A DNA stretch of 64,000 nucleotides, from the NCBI GenBank assembly GCA_034933465.1, contig JAYFNM010000057.1, positions 37,414 to 101,413 on the forward strand, in the 5' to 3' direction. Below, in pieces: positions 38,038-47,029 of the stretch. The position numbers and the translations under genes are program-made. The stretch comes from Oscillospiraceae bacterium (GTDB lineage Bacteria; Bacillota; Clostridia; Oscillospirales; Oscillospiraceae). The stretch's first letter is position 1, and each line of letters starts with the position of its first letter. Below the pieces are notes generated by a model, which was not told where the DNA came from, ran no database searches, and was given only the letters and a program-made list of their open reading frames with translations.

Positions 38038-38360
38038 GGCTGTCGTCCTGAGCAACGCGATGGGGCTGTTACGTGTGAAACACGACGACGGGAAAAGATC
38101 CTTCGCTCCGCTCAGGATGACAGGGGCGGTTACGCCCGGGATGACAGGGCTTTGTCTTGCGGCAAAGCCTCTGTGTGAACGCGGTCGGCCACATGGGTGC
38201 GCCCGCCGCCGAGGTAAAAAACCTGTCATTCTGAGGCCGAAGGCCGAAGAATCTTTCCGTATACCGTATGGCGGGTCGCCGGGAAAGATCCTTCGCTCCG
38301 CTCAGGATGACAGGGACGGTTATGCTCAGGATGACAGGGGCGGTTTCGCTCGGGATGACG
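38038..38360. repeat. cluster of CCTGTCATCCTGAGC/GCTCAGGATGACAGG-type palindromic repeat units
   Basis: Full units GGAAA(A)GATCCTTCGCTCCGCTCAGGATGACAGG lie at 38091-38124 and 38282-38314. An inverted variant is at 38222-38258. Partial (G)GATGAC(A/G) units occur near 38038-38053, 38135-38149, 38324-38340 and 38348-38360. Confidence 0.75.
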
Positions 38361-38410
38361 ATTCTTTTGCCGTCGCGCCGCGTCTGCGCCGTATGGGGGC
38401 CGCGCCAAGG

Positions 38411-38466
38411 CAGACAAAACGCTCTTACCTCCGTGCCGGGCACGGGAGGTAGGAGCGTTTTGTCTG
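38411..38466. repeat. 56-nt near-perfect palindrome downstream of the GLUG gene (terminator-like, no clear U-tract)
   Basis: CAGACAAAACGCTCTTACCTCCGTGCC / GGCACGGGAGGTAGGAGCGTTTTGTCTG. About 26 of 28 positions pair. Confidence 0.55.
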
Positions 38467-38492
38467 TTCAGCGGGCTCATGCCCGTCTGTGT

Positions 38493-41372
38493 TTAATCCT
38501 GCTTCTCGCCGCCGCTCTCGGGCGGCGCGGCGGGGTCTTCCGCGGATACGGGGTCTGCCGTCTCCTGCGAGGCGATATCTGGCTGCTCCGCGGCATCGTC
38601 GGACGGCTGTCCGGCGGTCTCGGACTGCTCCGCGGCGGCGGCCTTTTTCTTTTTCCTGCTCTTGTTCCAGATGAGCAGCGCCGCTATCACAAGGATCGCC
38701 GCGGCTCCCGCGCCTATGGCCCAGGCCGCCGTCGTCTCCTCGGTCTCCGCCGCGCAGAACACGAGAGTGTCCGCGTTATTCTCGAAGGTCAGGTAGCTTC
38801 CGTTCGTCCCGGTGCCTATGCGGCTCCACTGGTCGTCCTTGAGCACGAACAGCTCAATGCGGCCGCCCTTCTGCGTGACCTCGGGCGGGAGGAAGCGGAC
38901 GGTGTAGGTCTCTCCGGCATCATCCGGGCTGTTGAGGCGCATCACCCATTTTTCGAGCACATTGCCGTTTTCAACAGTGGGACCCTCGCCGTTATAGCTG
39001 TTGAGGGAGACGCTCGCGGTGTCCTCGAAGTCCCCTTCAAGGAGGAGGATGGACATCGGCGAGTCGGCGCGCTGGTTCTTGGCGGCTATCGTCGGCTGCT
39101 TGGGCGTATACACCGCCTCTATGGTGTCGCTGAAATACAGTCTGCTGTAGTCGTAATCGGGCCATTCGCCGCTGTAGCCCTCCTTCTGAGGTACCTCGGG
39201 GATGGAGGAGGGGTCTATCGTGCCGCCGTAGGTGAACTCCACCTCCGCGACGGTATTCCCGTCGGCCACAAAGCTCAGCCTGAGCTTTTTGAACTGATCG
39301 GGCAGATCCTCTCTCTTGAGGAACTGCTCATAGCTTGAGGCCTCGGCTCTGCCGGCATAGCTTATGCCGTCCACCGCGCCGAGCGTCTCCTGGACGAAGC
39401 TGTTGTTCGTGATGCTGTCCTCGACGGAGACGTCCACCCAGCCCGCTATCGCCCCGCAGAACGGCACCGTCATATCCTTTATGCCCACAAGGCTGCCGCA
39501 GCTGTCTATCGTCGTGCCGTAGCCCGCGATGCCGCCGACATACTGTGTGCCGTCGATGTTGCACATCGCGTAGCAGCTGCGCACGGGGGTGCCGGTATAG
39601 CCGACGATGCCGCCGACATAGCTGCCCTCGGTGCTGCTCACGCTGCCGTAGCCCTCGCAGCGCAGTATCGTGCCGAGCTCCACCAGCCCCGTGACGCCGC
39701 CCGCGTCGTCCTTCTTGGCGACGACCGAGCCGCGGTTGACGTTGTCCACGTTGACGCACTTGCTCTCATAGGTATTGGAGATTATGCTGGTCTTCTTGCT
39801 CAGCGCCGAGGCCAGCGCTCCGTCAAGGTCGAATTCGTATTCTATGCCCATCGCGCCGGCTATGCCGCCCGCGTTCTTGTCGGAATCCACCTGCCCGTAG
39901 TTCACGCAGGAGGCCACCTTGCCGTCCAGATCGTCCTCCTTGAGAGTGTCTGAGACGTCCTCGATTATGTCCAGGTCGATGCCCGACATGGCGTTGGCCA
40001 TGAGCATGATGACCCGCGCGAGCTGGTCGTTGACCGCGACCATATCCTCCGCGAGCGCGCCGGAGGAGGCGCCTATTATGCTCGCCATCTGGTTCATCCC
40101 GCCCGCCATCTGGTTGAGGTTGTTCTGGAGATCGTCCGATATCGTGATATCGCCGGAATTTCCGCCGCTATCGCCGCCGCTGATATCGCCGCCGGCCTCT
40201 CCCCGGTCGCCCGTCCCGCTCTCCGACATGGTAGAGGCATAGGCCGCGGCCTCCGGCTCGCTCTGAACGGGCGCGCTCTCGGAATACGCGGAGGCTGACT
40301 CCGCGCTGTTCAGGCTCTGCTGCGCGGCGGTGGCGTTCGAATCGACATCTACGAGGGTGGACTGCATCTGGTCGGACATGTCGGCGACATTGCTCATCGC
40401 CTGCACTACGAGGTTATGCAGCAGTGCCAGCTCGCTGGAGAGGCTCACGGAGTTTTTGAGCAGCAGGAACGGCTCCATCTGCCCGACTATGCCGCCCACG
40501 TCCTTGCGGCCATATATCTCGCCGAAATTGCTGCAGCTGCTTATATAGCCGGACTGTCTGCCGGCGATGCCGCCGACGTTATAGCCGTAGTGCTGATAGC
40601 CGATAGTGCCTCTGTTCTCGCAGTTCATCACCTTGCCGGTGTTGAAGCCGACGATGCCGCCGGAATCGGAGACGACGTCCGTGTCCTCGGCGTTCGTCAG
40701 GTCGAGGGTCGTGATATCCGAAAGGCTGAGCTCGTTGAGGTCTATCCCGCCCTCGGTAATGCTCGTGTTCACGAGCGCGGTGCTGCTGCAGGTGCTTATC
40801 ATGCCGGTGCTGCTGCCGGCGACGCCGCCGGTAAAGCGCTTGCCGTCGATCTTGCCCTCGACGGTACAGGCCCTGATAGCGCCGCAGTTCTCTCCCGCGA
40901 TACCGCCTACATAGTTCATGCCGGACACGGTCCCGTTGAAGCTGCATTTTACTATGGTGCCGCAGTTCGTGCCGGCGATGCCGCCCACCTGGCACTGGGT
41001 GCTCTCTGGCGTCACCGTGCCGGTCACGTTCAGGTTCTTGACCGTGCCCTCCGCCCGGATGTACCTGAACAGACCCTGATGCGAGCCGTTCGTGGCGGTT
41101 ATCATGTTGCTGATGGTGAAGCCGCCGCCCTCAAAGGTGCCGCTGAAGGTGGGTATCGGGTAAAACTCGACGCCGGTCAGGTCGATGTCGTTATCCAGCA
41201 CGACGGTCAGCCCCTCGGAATACCCGTCGAGCGTGCAGCTCTGTGCGAACGCGCTCAGCTCCTCGGCGGTGCTGATATGGATGGTCTCCCCCTCGGCCGT
41301 GGCCGCGGGGATGGCGATGCTGCACAAAAGGGCAAGCAGCACCGCGATTGAAACAGCTTTTTTGATCTTCAT
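38493..41372 (-). CDS. large cell-surface protein with two blocks of GLUG-motif repeats and a C-terminal membrane anchor
   Basis: 959 aa with a signal peptide. It has at least 10 repeats of the type VGGIAGxxxGxIxxCxxxGxVxG and a central Ala/Ser/Gly-rich segment. An InlB-B-repeat-like module (KEGYSGEWPDYD) is followed by a TM helix, KSRKKKK and an acidic tail. Confidence 0.8.
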   Translation of the reverse strand: MKIKKAVSIAVLLALLCSIAIPAATAEGETIHISTAEELSAFAQSCTLDGYSEGLTVVLDNDIDLTGVEFYPIPTFSGTFEGGGFTISNMITATNGSHQGLFRYIRAEGTVKNLNVTGTVTPESTQCQVGGIAGTNCGTIVKCSFNGTVSGMNYVGGIAGENCGAIRACTVEGKIDGKRFTGGVAGSSTGMISTCSSTALVNTSITEGGIDLNELSLSDITTLDLTNAEDTDVVSDSGGIVGFNTGKVMNCENRGTIGYQHYGYNVGGIAGRQSGYISSCSNFGEIYGRKDVGGIVGQMEPFLLLKNSVSLSSELALLHNLVVQAMSNVADMSDQMQSTLVDVDSNATAAQQSLNSAESASAYSESAPVQSEPEAAAYASTMSESGTGDRGEAGGDISGGDSGGNSGDITISDDLQNNLNQMAGGMNQMASIIGASSGALAEDMVAVNDQLARVIMLMANAMSGIDLDIIEDVSDTLKEDDLDGKVASCVNYGQVDSDKNAGGIAGAMGIEYEFDLDGALASALSKKTSIISNTYESKCVNVDNVNRGSVVAKKDDAGGVTGLVELGTILRCEGYGSVSSTEGSYVGGIVGYTGTPVRSCYAMCNIDGTQYVGGIAGYGTTIDSCGSLVGIKDMTVPFCGAIAGWVDVSVEDSITNNSFVQETLGAVDGISYAGRAEASSYEQFLKREDLPDQFKKLRLSFVADGNTVAEVEFTYGGTIDPSSIPEVPQKEGYSGEWPDYDYSRLYFSDTIEAVYTPKQPTIAAKNQRADSPMSILLLEGDFEDTASVSLNSYNGEGPTVENGNVLEKWVMRLNSPDDAGETYTVRFLPPEVTQKGGRIELFVLKDDQWSRIGTGTNGSYLTFENNADTLVFCAAETEETTAAWAIGAGAAAILVIAALLIWNKSRKKKKAAAAEQSETAGQPSDDAAEQPDIASQETADPVSAEDPAAPPESGGEKQD

Positions 41373-43828
41373 TCGGTTTTTTCTCCTTCCTCGTCCGTCG
41401 CCTGGAGCAGAGGCTCAGGCAGCTCCTCAACACTTCCGATTTCAATCACCGCGTTGATCGTCCCGCGGAAAATACCGGAAACCTCCGCGTCTATAAGTCC
41501 GTCAAGGTTCCCGCGCACCCGGCCGTTTATGCGCAGCAGGCCGGTCTTCTGCGTGGGGGTGTTGTTCCTGGTGATAGTAAAGGACGTCTTCCTGATTATT
41601 ATATCGCCCATCAGCAGTATCTGCGGCAGCACACACATGACGAGGAATATCGAGATGAGGGTGCCGGCGCCGAGATACACGCCGATCGTGGATATGGTCT
41701 CGTTGGAGGTCATGATGCCTATCACGACGCCGGCGGAGGCGAGCATCGTCCCCGAGGTGATGATAGTCGGGAAGGCCATGTTCAGCGTCTCTATCATGGC
41801 GTCCTTAAGGGCCATCAGTTCTTTATATTCCATGTACCGGCCGGAAATGACTATGGCATAGTCTATGTTCGCGCCCATCTGTATGGCGCTGATGATAAGA
41901 TAGGTGAGGAAGAAGAGGTTGCCGCCCTTGATAAAGGGCACGGAGAAGTTTATCCAGATACTGCCCTGGATGATGATGATCAGCAGCAGCGGCAGACCCA
42001 CGGATTTAAACGAGAATATCAGCACGGCGATGACGAAGAGGATCGTCAGCACGCTGATGAGCATGTTGTCGTTCTCGAAGGAGTCCTTCAGGTCGCTGCA
42101 GCTCGTCGTATCGCCGACGACATAGTAGCTGCTGTAATACCTGGCCACGACGCCGTGGATAATGTCCAGATACTCGAAGCTGTCCTCGTCCTCGGTCGGC
42201 AGATCCAGCTCCACTACTATGCGGCTCCAGTTCTCGCTTTGCAGCTGCAGCTTCGCGTCGTCCAGCTGCTTTTGCAGATCGTCGAGCTTCTCCTCGGTCT
42301 CCTCCGGCAGATTGAGCGCCACGTCGCCGCGCCTCGCGCAGAGGTACTCGAAAACATCTATCAGCGGCACGCTGTAGTTTTCAAGGTTGGTCACAACCTG
42401 CCCGTAATCGCTCTGGTTGATGGCATAGCCGGTGTAGAGCACCTTTGCCACCTCGTAATCGACGTCCGCTATCTCGGAAAACTGGCGCGGCGTGATGGAG
42501 GTGGTCAGGGTGTACCCGTCCGTCACCTCGACGTTGGCAAGGCCGGTCACGCTCTCCACGCGGCTGAGCTCCTCTATGTCGGAGATGAGCGCCGTCTCCT
42601 TCGAGTAGTCCCCGGAGGGGACGATGACGGCCATCTCGTTGCTCTTGCCGAAGAGCGTCTTTATCTTGGCCGCGGCTATCTGCGACTCGTTCTGCCGGTA
42701 TGAGGAGACCGAGTACTGGGAGTAGACGTAGTTCACCCGCTGGGAGCAGTAGCAAGCGGCAATGGCGACGATTATGAAGATCACCGGCATCACGAAGCGC
42801 GTCGCGTAGACCGCCTTGCCGAGGAAGTTTATCTTCGGGACGAAGTTTTTATGGTGCGTCCTGTCTATGAGGCCGGAGAACATCACGAGCAGTCCCGGCA
42901 TCAGGAAGAACACGGACAGCAGGCTCAGCAGTATGGCCTTGATGAGCACAACGCCCATATCGTAGCCCAGCCTGAACTGCATGAAGCACAGGGCGAGAAG
43001 CCCCGCCACGGTGGTGAGGCTGCTTGCGGCGATGGACGGGATGGCCTTGCTCAGCGCCGCGACGGCGGCCTCGCGCGCGGGCTTGTTCTCGTGCTCCTCC
43101 ATATATCTGTGGCAGAGGATTATCGCGTAGTCTATGGCCAGGGCGAGCTGCAGCACTATCGCGATTGAGTTCGTGACATAGGATATCTCGCCCAGGAGAT
43201 AGTTCGTGCCCATATTGAGCAGCGCCGCCGCGCCGAAGGTCAGCAGCAGGACGGGTATCTCGCCGTAGGTCTTGGAGGTGAGCAGCAGCACCACGACGAT
43301 TATCACGAAGGCTATGAGATCGACCACCGCCATCTCCTGGTTGATGATCGTCTTGAGCGGGTCGCCGACGTTGCTGTCCATATAGAGGTCATAGTCCTTC
43401 AGGTCGCTCTTTATCGTGTCGAGCGCGTTTATGCTGACGTCGTCGTTCTCGAGGCCGTCAAAGGTCACGGAGAAGAGCGCGGCGGCGGCGGTATAGTGCT
43501 TCTCGCTGTTGTCGAACTCCACCGATTTCACGCCGTCTATCGCGGAGATGGTGTCGAGAAGCGCCTCCGCCTGCTCGTAGGTGACGTTCTCCACCATTAT
43601 CTCGGCCGTGCCGAAGGTGGTAAACTCCTCGTCCATCAGCTCAAGCCCCTCGCGGGTCTCCGTATTGTCCGGCAGATATTTCGTCAGGCTGTCCTCCACC
43701 TGGACCCAGCTGCGCGACACCGCGCAGAAGGCCGAGGCCACAAGGAAGAGGAAGAAGATAATATTGCGCTTATCTACAATAAAGGCTGACAGTCTTTCCA
43801 TAAAAGAAGTCTGATTCGTTGCTTTCAT
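41369..43828 (-). CDS. MMPL/RND-superfamily transporter
   Basis: 820 aa from ATG 43828 (SD GAGGGG). It has two homologous halves, each a large extracytoplasmic loop plus about 5-6 TM helices. Its TGA overlaps the ATG of the GLUG gene (ATGA at 41369-41372). Confidence 0.75.
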   Translation of the reverse strand: MKATNQTSFMERLSAFIVDKRNIIFFLFLVASAFCAVSRSWVQVEDSLTKYLPDNTETREGLELMDEEFTTFGTAEIMVENVTYEQAEALLDTISAIDGVKSVEFDNSEKHYTAAAALFSVTFDGLENDDVSINALDTIKSDLKDYDLYMDSNVGDPLKTIINQEMAVVDLIAFVIIVVVLLLTSKTYGEIPVLLLTFGAAALLNMGTNYLLGEISYVTNSIAIVLQLALAIDYAIILCHRYMEEHENKPAREAAVAALSKAIPSIAASSLTTVAGLLALCFMQFRLGYDMGVVLIKAILLSLLSVFFLMPGLLVMFSGLIDRTHHKNFVPKINFLGKAVYATRFVMPVIFIIVAIAACYCSQRVNYVYSQYSVSSYRQNESQIAAAKIKTLFGKSNEMAVIVPSGDYSKETALISDIEELSRVESVTGLANVEVTDGYTLTTSITPRQFSEIADVDYEVAKVLYTGYAINQSDYGQVVTNLENYSVPLIDVFEYLCARRGDVALNLPEETEEKLDDLQKQLDDAKLQLQSENWSRIVVELDLPTEDEDSFEYLDIIHGVVARYYSSYYVVGDTTSCSDLKDSFENDNMLISVLTILFVIAVLIFSFKSVGLPLLLIIIIQGSIWINFSVPFIKGGNLFFLTYLIISAIQMGANIDYAIVISGRYMEYKELMALKDAMIETLNMAFPTIITSGTMLASAGVVIGIMTSNETISTIGVYLGAGTLISIFLVMCVLPQILLMGDIIIRKTSFTITRNNTPTQKTGLLRINGRVRGNLDGLIDAEVSGIFRGTINAVIEIGSVEELPEPLLQATDEEGEKTE

Positions 43829-43994
43829 CGCTTCGCCCCTCAAGAAGATTTGATCGCTTTCGAAACAATTGTAATCCATTTTCTTAAGAAAACGCTTAGA
43901 TTTCCGCAGCAGCCGGGTCTGTCGTCCCGGTTCCCCCCGCGCGTCCCTCAAAGCCCTGCCGGAGCGGCTGTTTCCCCCCGGCTTTATTCGTATG

Positions 43995-44023
43995 ATTATA
44001 TTCTTTTCCGGCGCTCAAATCAA
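43995..44023 (-). promoter_or_regulatory. candidate sigma-A promoter of the MMPL-GLUG operon
   Basis: On the minus strand, TTGATT (44023-44018), a 17-nt spacer, then TATAAT (44000-43995). This leaves a GC-rich leader of about 160 nt. Confidence 0.6.
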
Positions 44024-44095
44024 CTGTAGGTAATAATGAATATACCATTTTATACAGCGCGCTTTCCCGGCGGAGCCGTCTGCCCGGACGCCCGT

Positions 44096-44599
44096 TTACC
44101 GCGTCAGCTCCATCTCCAGGCACTTCCAGTCCTCGCCGAAAAAACGCAGGGATCTCTCTTCGCCCGCCGGCACGTCCGTAAAGTCGGCCGACCTGTAGCA
44201 GCGGCGCGCAGGCTCGTTGTTTTCAAACACTCCCAGCCATATTCTCCGCACCCTTAAAATCCGGAAGGCGTATTCGGCGGCCAGCCCGAGCATTTGCGCG
44301 CCATAGCCCCTGCCGCGCTTCGCGTCGTCCACGATAATGAATCCGAAGTGCAGCTCGGTCCTGTCCCGGTTCGTGAAGCTCATGACCAGATGTCCCGCGG
44401 GGCCGTCCTCGTCGAAGGCCGTCATGGCGATGAAGGAATCGGCCTCGTTCTCCCTCTCGTAGCGCGCGTCGATGTTCTCCGCGCGCACGGGGTATTTGTC
44501 GAAGCTTTCCGCGCACCATCTTCTGAAGGTCGCCTCGTCCCTTATCCAGCCCGCGATATGCTTCGCATCGGCCTTTTTGTACGGTCTCAATCGCAGCAT
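44096..44599 (-). CDS. GNAT family N-acetyltransferase
   Basis: About 167 aa from ATG 44599 (SD AAGGAG), with motif A RGRGYGAQML. Confidence 0.8.
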   Translation of the reverse strand: MLRLRPYKKADAKHIAGWIRDEATFRRWCAESFDKYPVRAENIDARYERENEADSFIAMTAFDEDGPAGHLVMSFTNRDRTELHFGFIIVDDAKRGRGYGAQMLGLAAEYAFRILRVRRIWLGVFENNEPARRCYRSADFTDVPAGEERSLRFFGEDWKCLEMELTR

Positions 44600-44734
44600 T
44601 AAAGCAGGCTCCTTCCGCCGGCGTTCCGGCACAGCGCTCTGTATCGTCCGTCACACTCTTAACATACCACATATTTATATAAAAAGGAAACCTATTTTTT
44701 TACATTTTTGGCCGTATGTAACAAAAATCCCTCC

Positions 44735-46147
44735 CTATTGTGCCGCAAAGCCCCCGTCCTCGCTCCAGGCCTCTCTGAGAAGCGCCACGGCGCGCGGCAG
44801 GGAGGCGTCTTCTACTCCGCCGTAGCCCAGCACCACCGTGCCGGGCAGCGGCGGGCACTCGCGGCAGTATTCCCCCAGCCCGTGGAGATATATGCCCCTT
44901 GCGGCCGCTCTGCGCCTGAGCTCGTCCCCGTCCCTGCCGGGGAGGGTCAGAAGGAGATGTATGCCGCCGCCCGCGCCGCTTATGACGGCGTCCGGAAAGG
45001 CCTCGCGCAAAAGCCGCGTCAGCAGGGCGCAGCGCTGGCGGTAGAGGTTCCCGACGCGCCGGAGATATCGCGAATAATAGCCCTCCCGGATGAAGCGCGC
45101 CATAACCGTCTGCTCATAGCGGGAGACGGTCGAGGAAAACGCGCCGAACATCTCGCCGCCGCGGCGCAGCAGCTCGTCCGGCAGAACCATGTACGCGATG
45201 CGGATGGACGGAGCCAGACTGCGGCTGAAGGTGCCGACATATACGACGCGGCCGCCGCCGTCCGTCCCCTGCATGGCCTGGACAGGGCGGGAGCTGTGGC
45301 GAAATTCGCTGTCGTAATCGTCCTCGATTATATACCTGCCCGGCTTGGACGAGGCCCAGTACAGCAGCTGGGAGCGCCTGCCCGCGGGCATGGTGACGCC
45401 CATGGGGAACTGGTGCGAGGGCGTGACATAGGCCACCGACGCATCGGAGCCGCTCAGCGCGGCGGCGTCCATGCCGCAGCCGTCCACGGGGATGAGACAG
45501 ACGCGGCGGCCGCTGTTGCGCAGGCTCGCGTATGTGGCGGTATAGCCCGGGTCCTCCAGCGCGAAGCCCGTGTCCCGCGGGAGGAGCTGTATCAGCAGCT
45601 CCGTGAGGTATTCCATGCCCGCGCCGATGATTATCTGCCCAGGGCGGCAGCGCACGCCCCTGTATTGCTCCAGCAGCGCGGCCAGCGCGCGCCGCAGCGA
45701 CGGCTCCCCCTGCCTGTCGCCCCGCTGCAAAAGCTCCGGCGAGGCGTAGACCACCTCGCGGTTGAGCTTGGCCCAGGAGGCATAGGGAAAGACGGAGGTA
45801 TCGACCGTGGCGGTTGAAAAGTCCACCGCGGGCGCCTGTGCCGCCGGTGCGTCGTCGTCCTCCTCCGCCGTAGGCGGCGCGGGCGCGGCGAGCGGGCAGG
45901 TATAATCGGCCACATAGAAGCCGCTTCTGGGCACTGCGCGGACATAGCCCTCGGACAGGAGCGCGGCGTAGGCGTTCTCCACCGTTGAGCGGCTGACGCC
46001 CAGGCTCTGGCACAGGGCGCGCTTGGACGGCAGCTTCGCCCCGGAGACGAGGCCGCCGCGCTGTATCTCTCCGGCAAGGTACCGGTACAGCTGCTGGTAC
46101 ATGGGCTGCTTTTGTCCCGGCGACAGGGCAAGCGTAATATTATACAT
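44735..46147 (-). CDS. MocR/PdxR-type regulator (GntR wHTH fused to a fold-type I aminotransferase-like domain)
   Basis: 470 aa. The N-terminal region is PMYQQLYRYLAGEIQRGGLVSGAKLPSKRALCQSLGVSRSTVENAYAALLSEGYV, followed by a long AAT-like domain. Confidence 0.85.
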   Translation of the reverse strand: MYNITLALSPGQKQPMYQQLYRYLAGEIQRGGLVSGAKLPSKRALCQSLGVSRSTVENAYAALLSEGYVRAVPRSGFYVADYTCPLAAPAPPTAEEDDDAPAAQAPAVDFSTATVDTSVFPYASWAKLNREVVYASPELLQRGDRQGEPSLRRALAALLEQYRGVRCRPGQIIIGAGMEYLTELLIQLLPRDTGFALEDPGYTATYASLRNSGRRVCLIPVDGCGMDAAALSGSDASVAYVTPSHQFPMGVTMPAGRRSQLLYWASSKPGRYIIEDDYDSEFRHSSRPVQAMQGTDGGGRVVYVGTFSRSLAPSIRIAYMVLPDELLRRGGEMFGAFSSTVSRYEQTVMARFIREGYYSRYLRRVGNLYRQRCALLTRLLREAFPDAVISGAGGGIHLLLTLPGRDGDELRRRAAARGIYLHGLGEYCRECPPLPGTVVLGYGGVEDASLPRAVALLREAWSEDGGFAAQ

Positions 46148-46258
46148 GGCTCTCCATATCTGACCACATAAAATTAGCGGAATCTGGGCATTTAAACCGG
46201 GTCAGATTTATGTATAATTATACCCGGGTCAAAAAACAAAGTCAACGAGGTGGGTCAA

Positions 46259-46837
46259 ATGAAAAAAACAGCGCCTGACACGAGCAGGCTGGTGTTCATT
46301 TCCGTGATGGCGGCGATAATCTGCGTCGTAACGCTCCTGCGCTTTCCGCTGCTGGGTTCAAAGGTGCATTTTGCAAACGCCCTGTGCCTGCTGGCGGGTA
46401 TGCTGTTCGGCGGCGTGGGCGGCGGTCTGGCCGCCGGGCTCGGCTCGGCGCTGTACGACGGGCTGCTTGGCGGCTACGACATATTCCAGTGCCTGATAAC
46501 CTTCGTGTCCAAGTTCCTGATGGCCTTCATCTGCGCAAGGATAGCCTGGGGCGGCGGCGCGCGCGCGGAGAGGCACGGGCGCAACGCCGTCGCCTGCGTG
46601 GCCGGGGCGCTGAGCTATGTGGCGCTGTATATGCTCAAGACCTTTGTCTACCAGAAATTCATATATGCCTATCCCGCCGACGCCGTGTGGCTGACCATGC
46701 TGGGCAAGCTGCCCGCCTCGCTCATAAACGCCGCCGTGGCCATGATCGCCGCGCCCATCCTCTACGCCGGTCTGCTCCCCGCGCTGAAAAAAGCCGGCAT
46801 ACTCGAAAAGCTTCGCCCCCGCACCCCGGAGGCCTGA
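46259..46837 (+). CDS. ECF-transporter S-component-like membrane protein
   Basis: 192 aa with about 5-6 TM helices. ATG 46259 follows SD GAGGTGG. It is divergent from the MocR-type regulator. The family call is tentative. Confidence 0.55.
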   Translation: MKKTAPDTSRLVFISVMAAIICVVTLLRFPLLGSKVHFANALCLLAGMLFGGVGGGLAAGLGSALYDGLLGGYDIFQCLITFVSKFLMAFICARIAWGGGARAERHGRNAVACVAGALSYVALYMLKTFVYQKFIYAYPADAVWLTMLGKLPASLINAAVAMIAAPILYAGLLPALKKAGILEKLRPRTPEA

Positions 46838-46857
46838 GCCGTCGAAGCCAAATTTAT

Positions 46858-46923
46858 AAAAAAACAGCCCGCCCACTGGGCGGACTGTTTTTTATGGCAG
46901 CGGGAGACGGATTCGAACCCTCA
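46858..46923. repeat. 66-nt direct repeat copy: bidirectional terminator plus the last 29 nt of tRNA-Gln (truncated tRNA 3' fragment)
   Basis: A7-CAGCCCGCCCACTGGGCGGACTG-T6-A-TGGCAGCGGGAGACGGATTCGAACCCTCA. It is near-identical to 46992-47058, with 1 substitution and 1 T indel. No matching tRNA 5' half is present. Confidence 0.75.
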
Positions 46924-47029
46924 GCGCCTGCGGCGCTGCGCGCGCGTTTGTATTTTTTTGTGAGGCTTCGAATCCACTGTGCCCTTCTATGAAAAAAACA
47001 GCCCGCCCACTGGGCGGACTGTTTTTTTA

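Noticed and set aside
38038-38360. CRISPR array
   Set aside because: The repeat units differ in length and orientation, the spacing is irregular, some units abut each other, and no cas genes are nearby.
46895-46990. Possible second tRNA gene next to tRNA-Gln
   Set aside because: Only the T-arm 3' half, acceptor 3' strand and CCA are present. There is no complementary AGCGGGA 5' strand, D-arm or anticodon arm. The upstream hairpin has a 3-nt loop. It is a truncated duplicate, not a functional tRNA.
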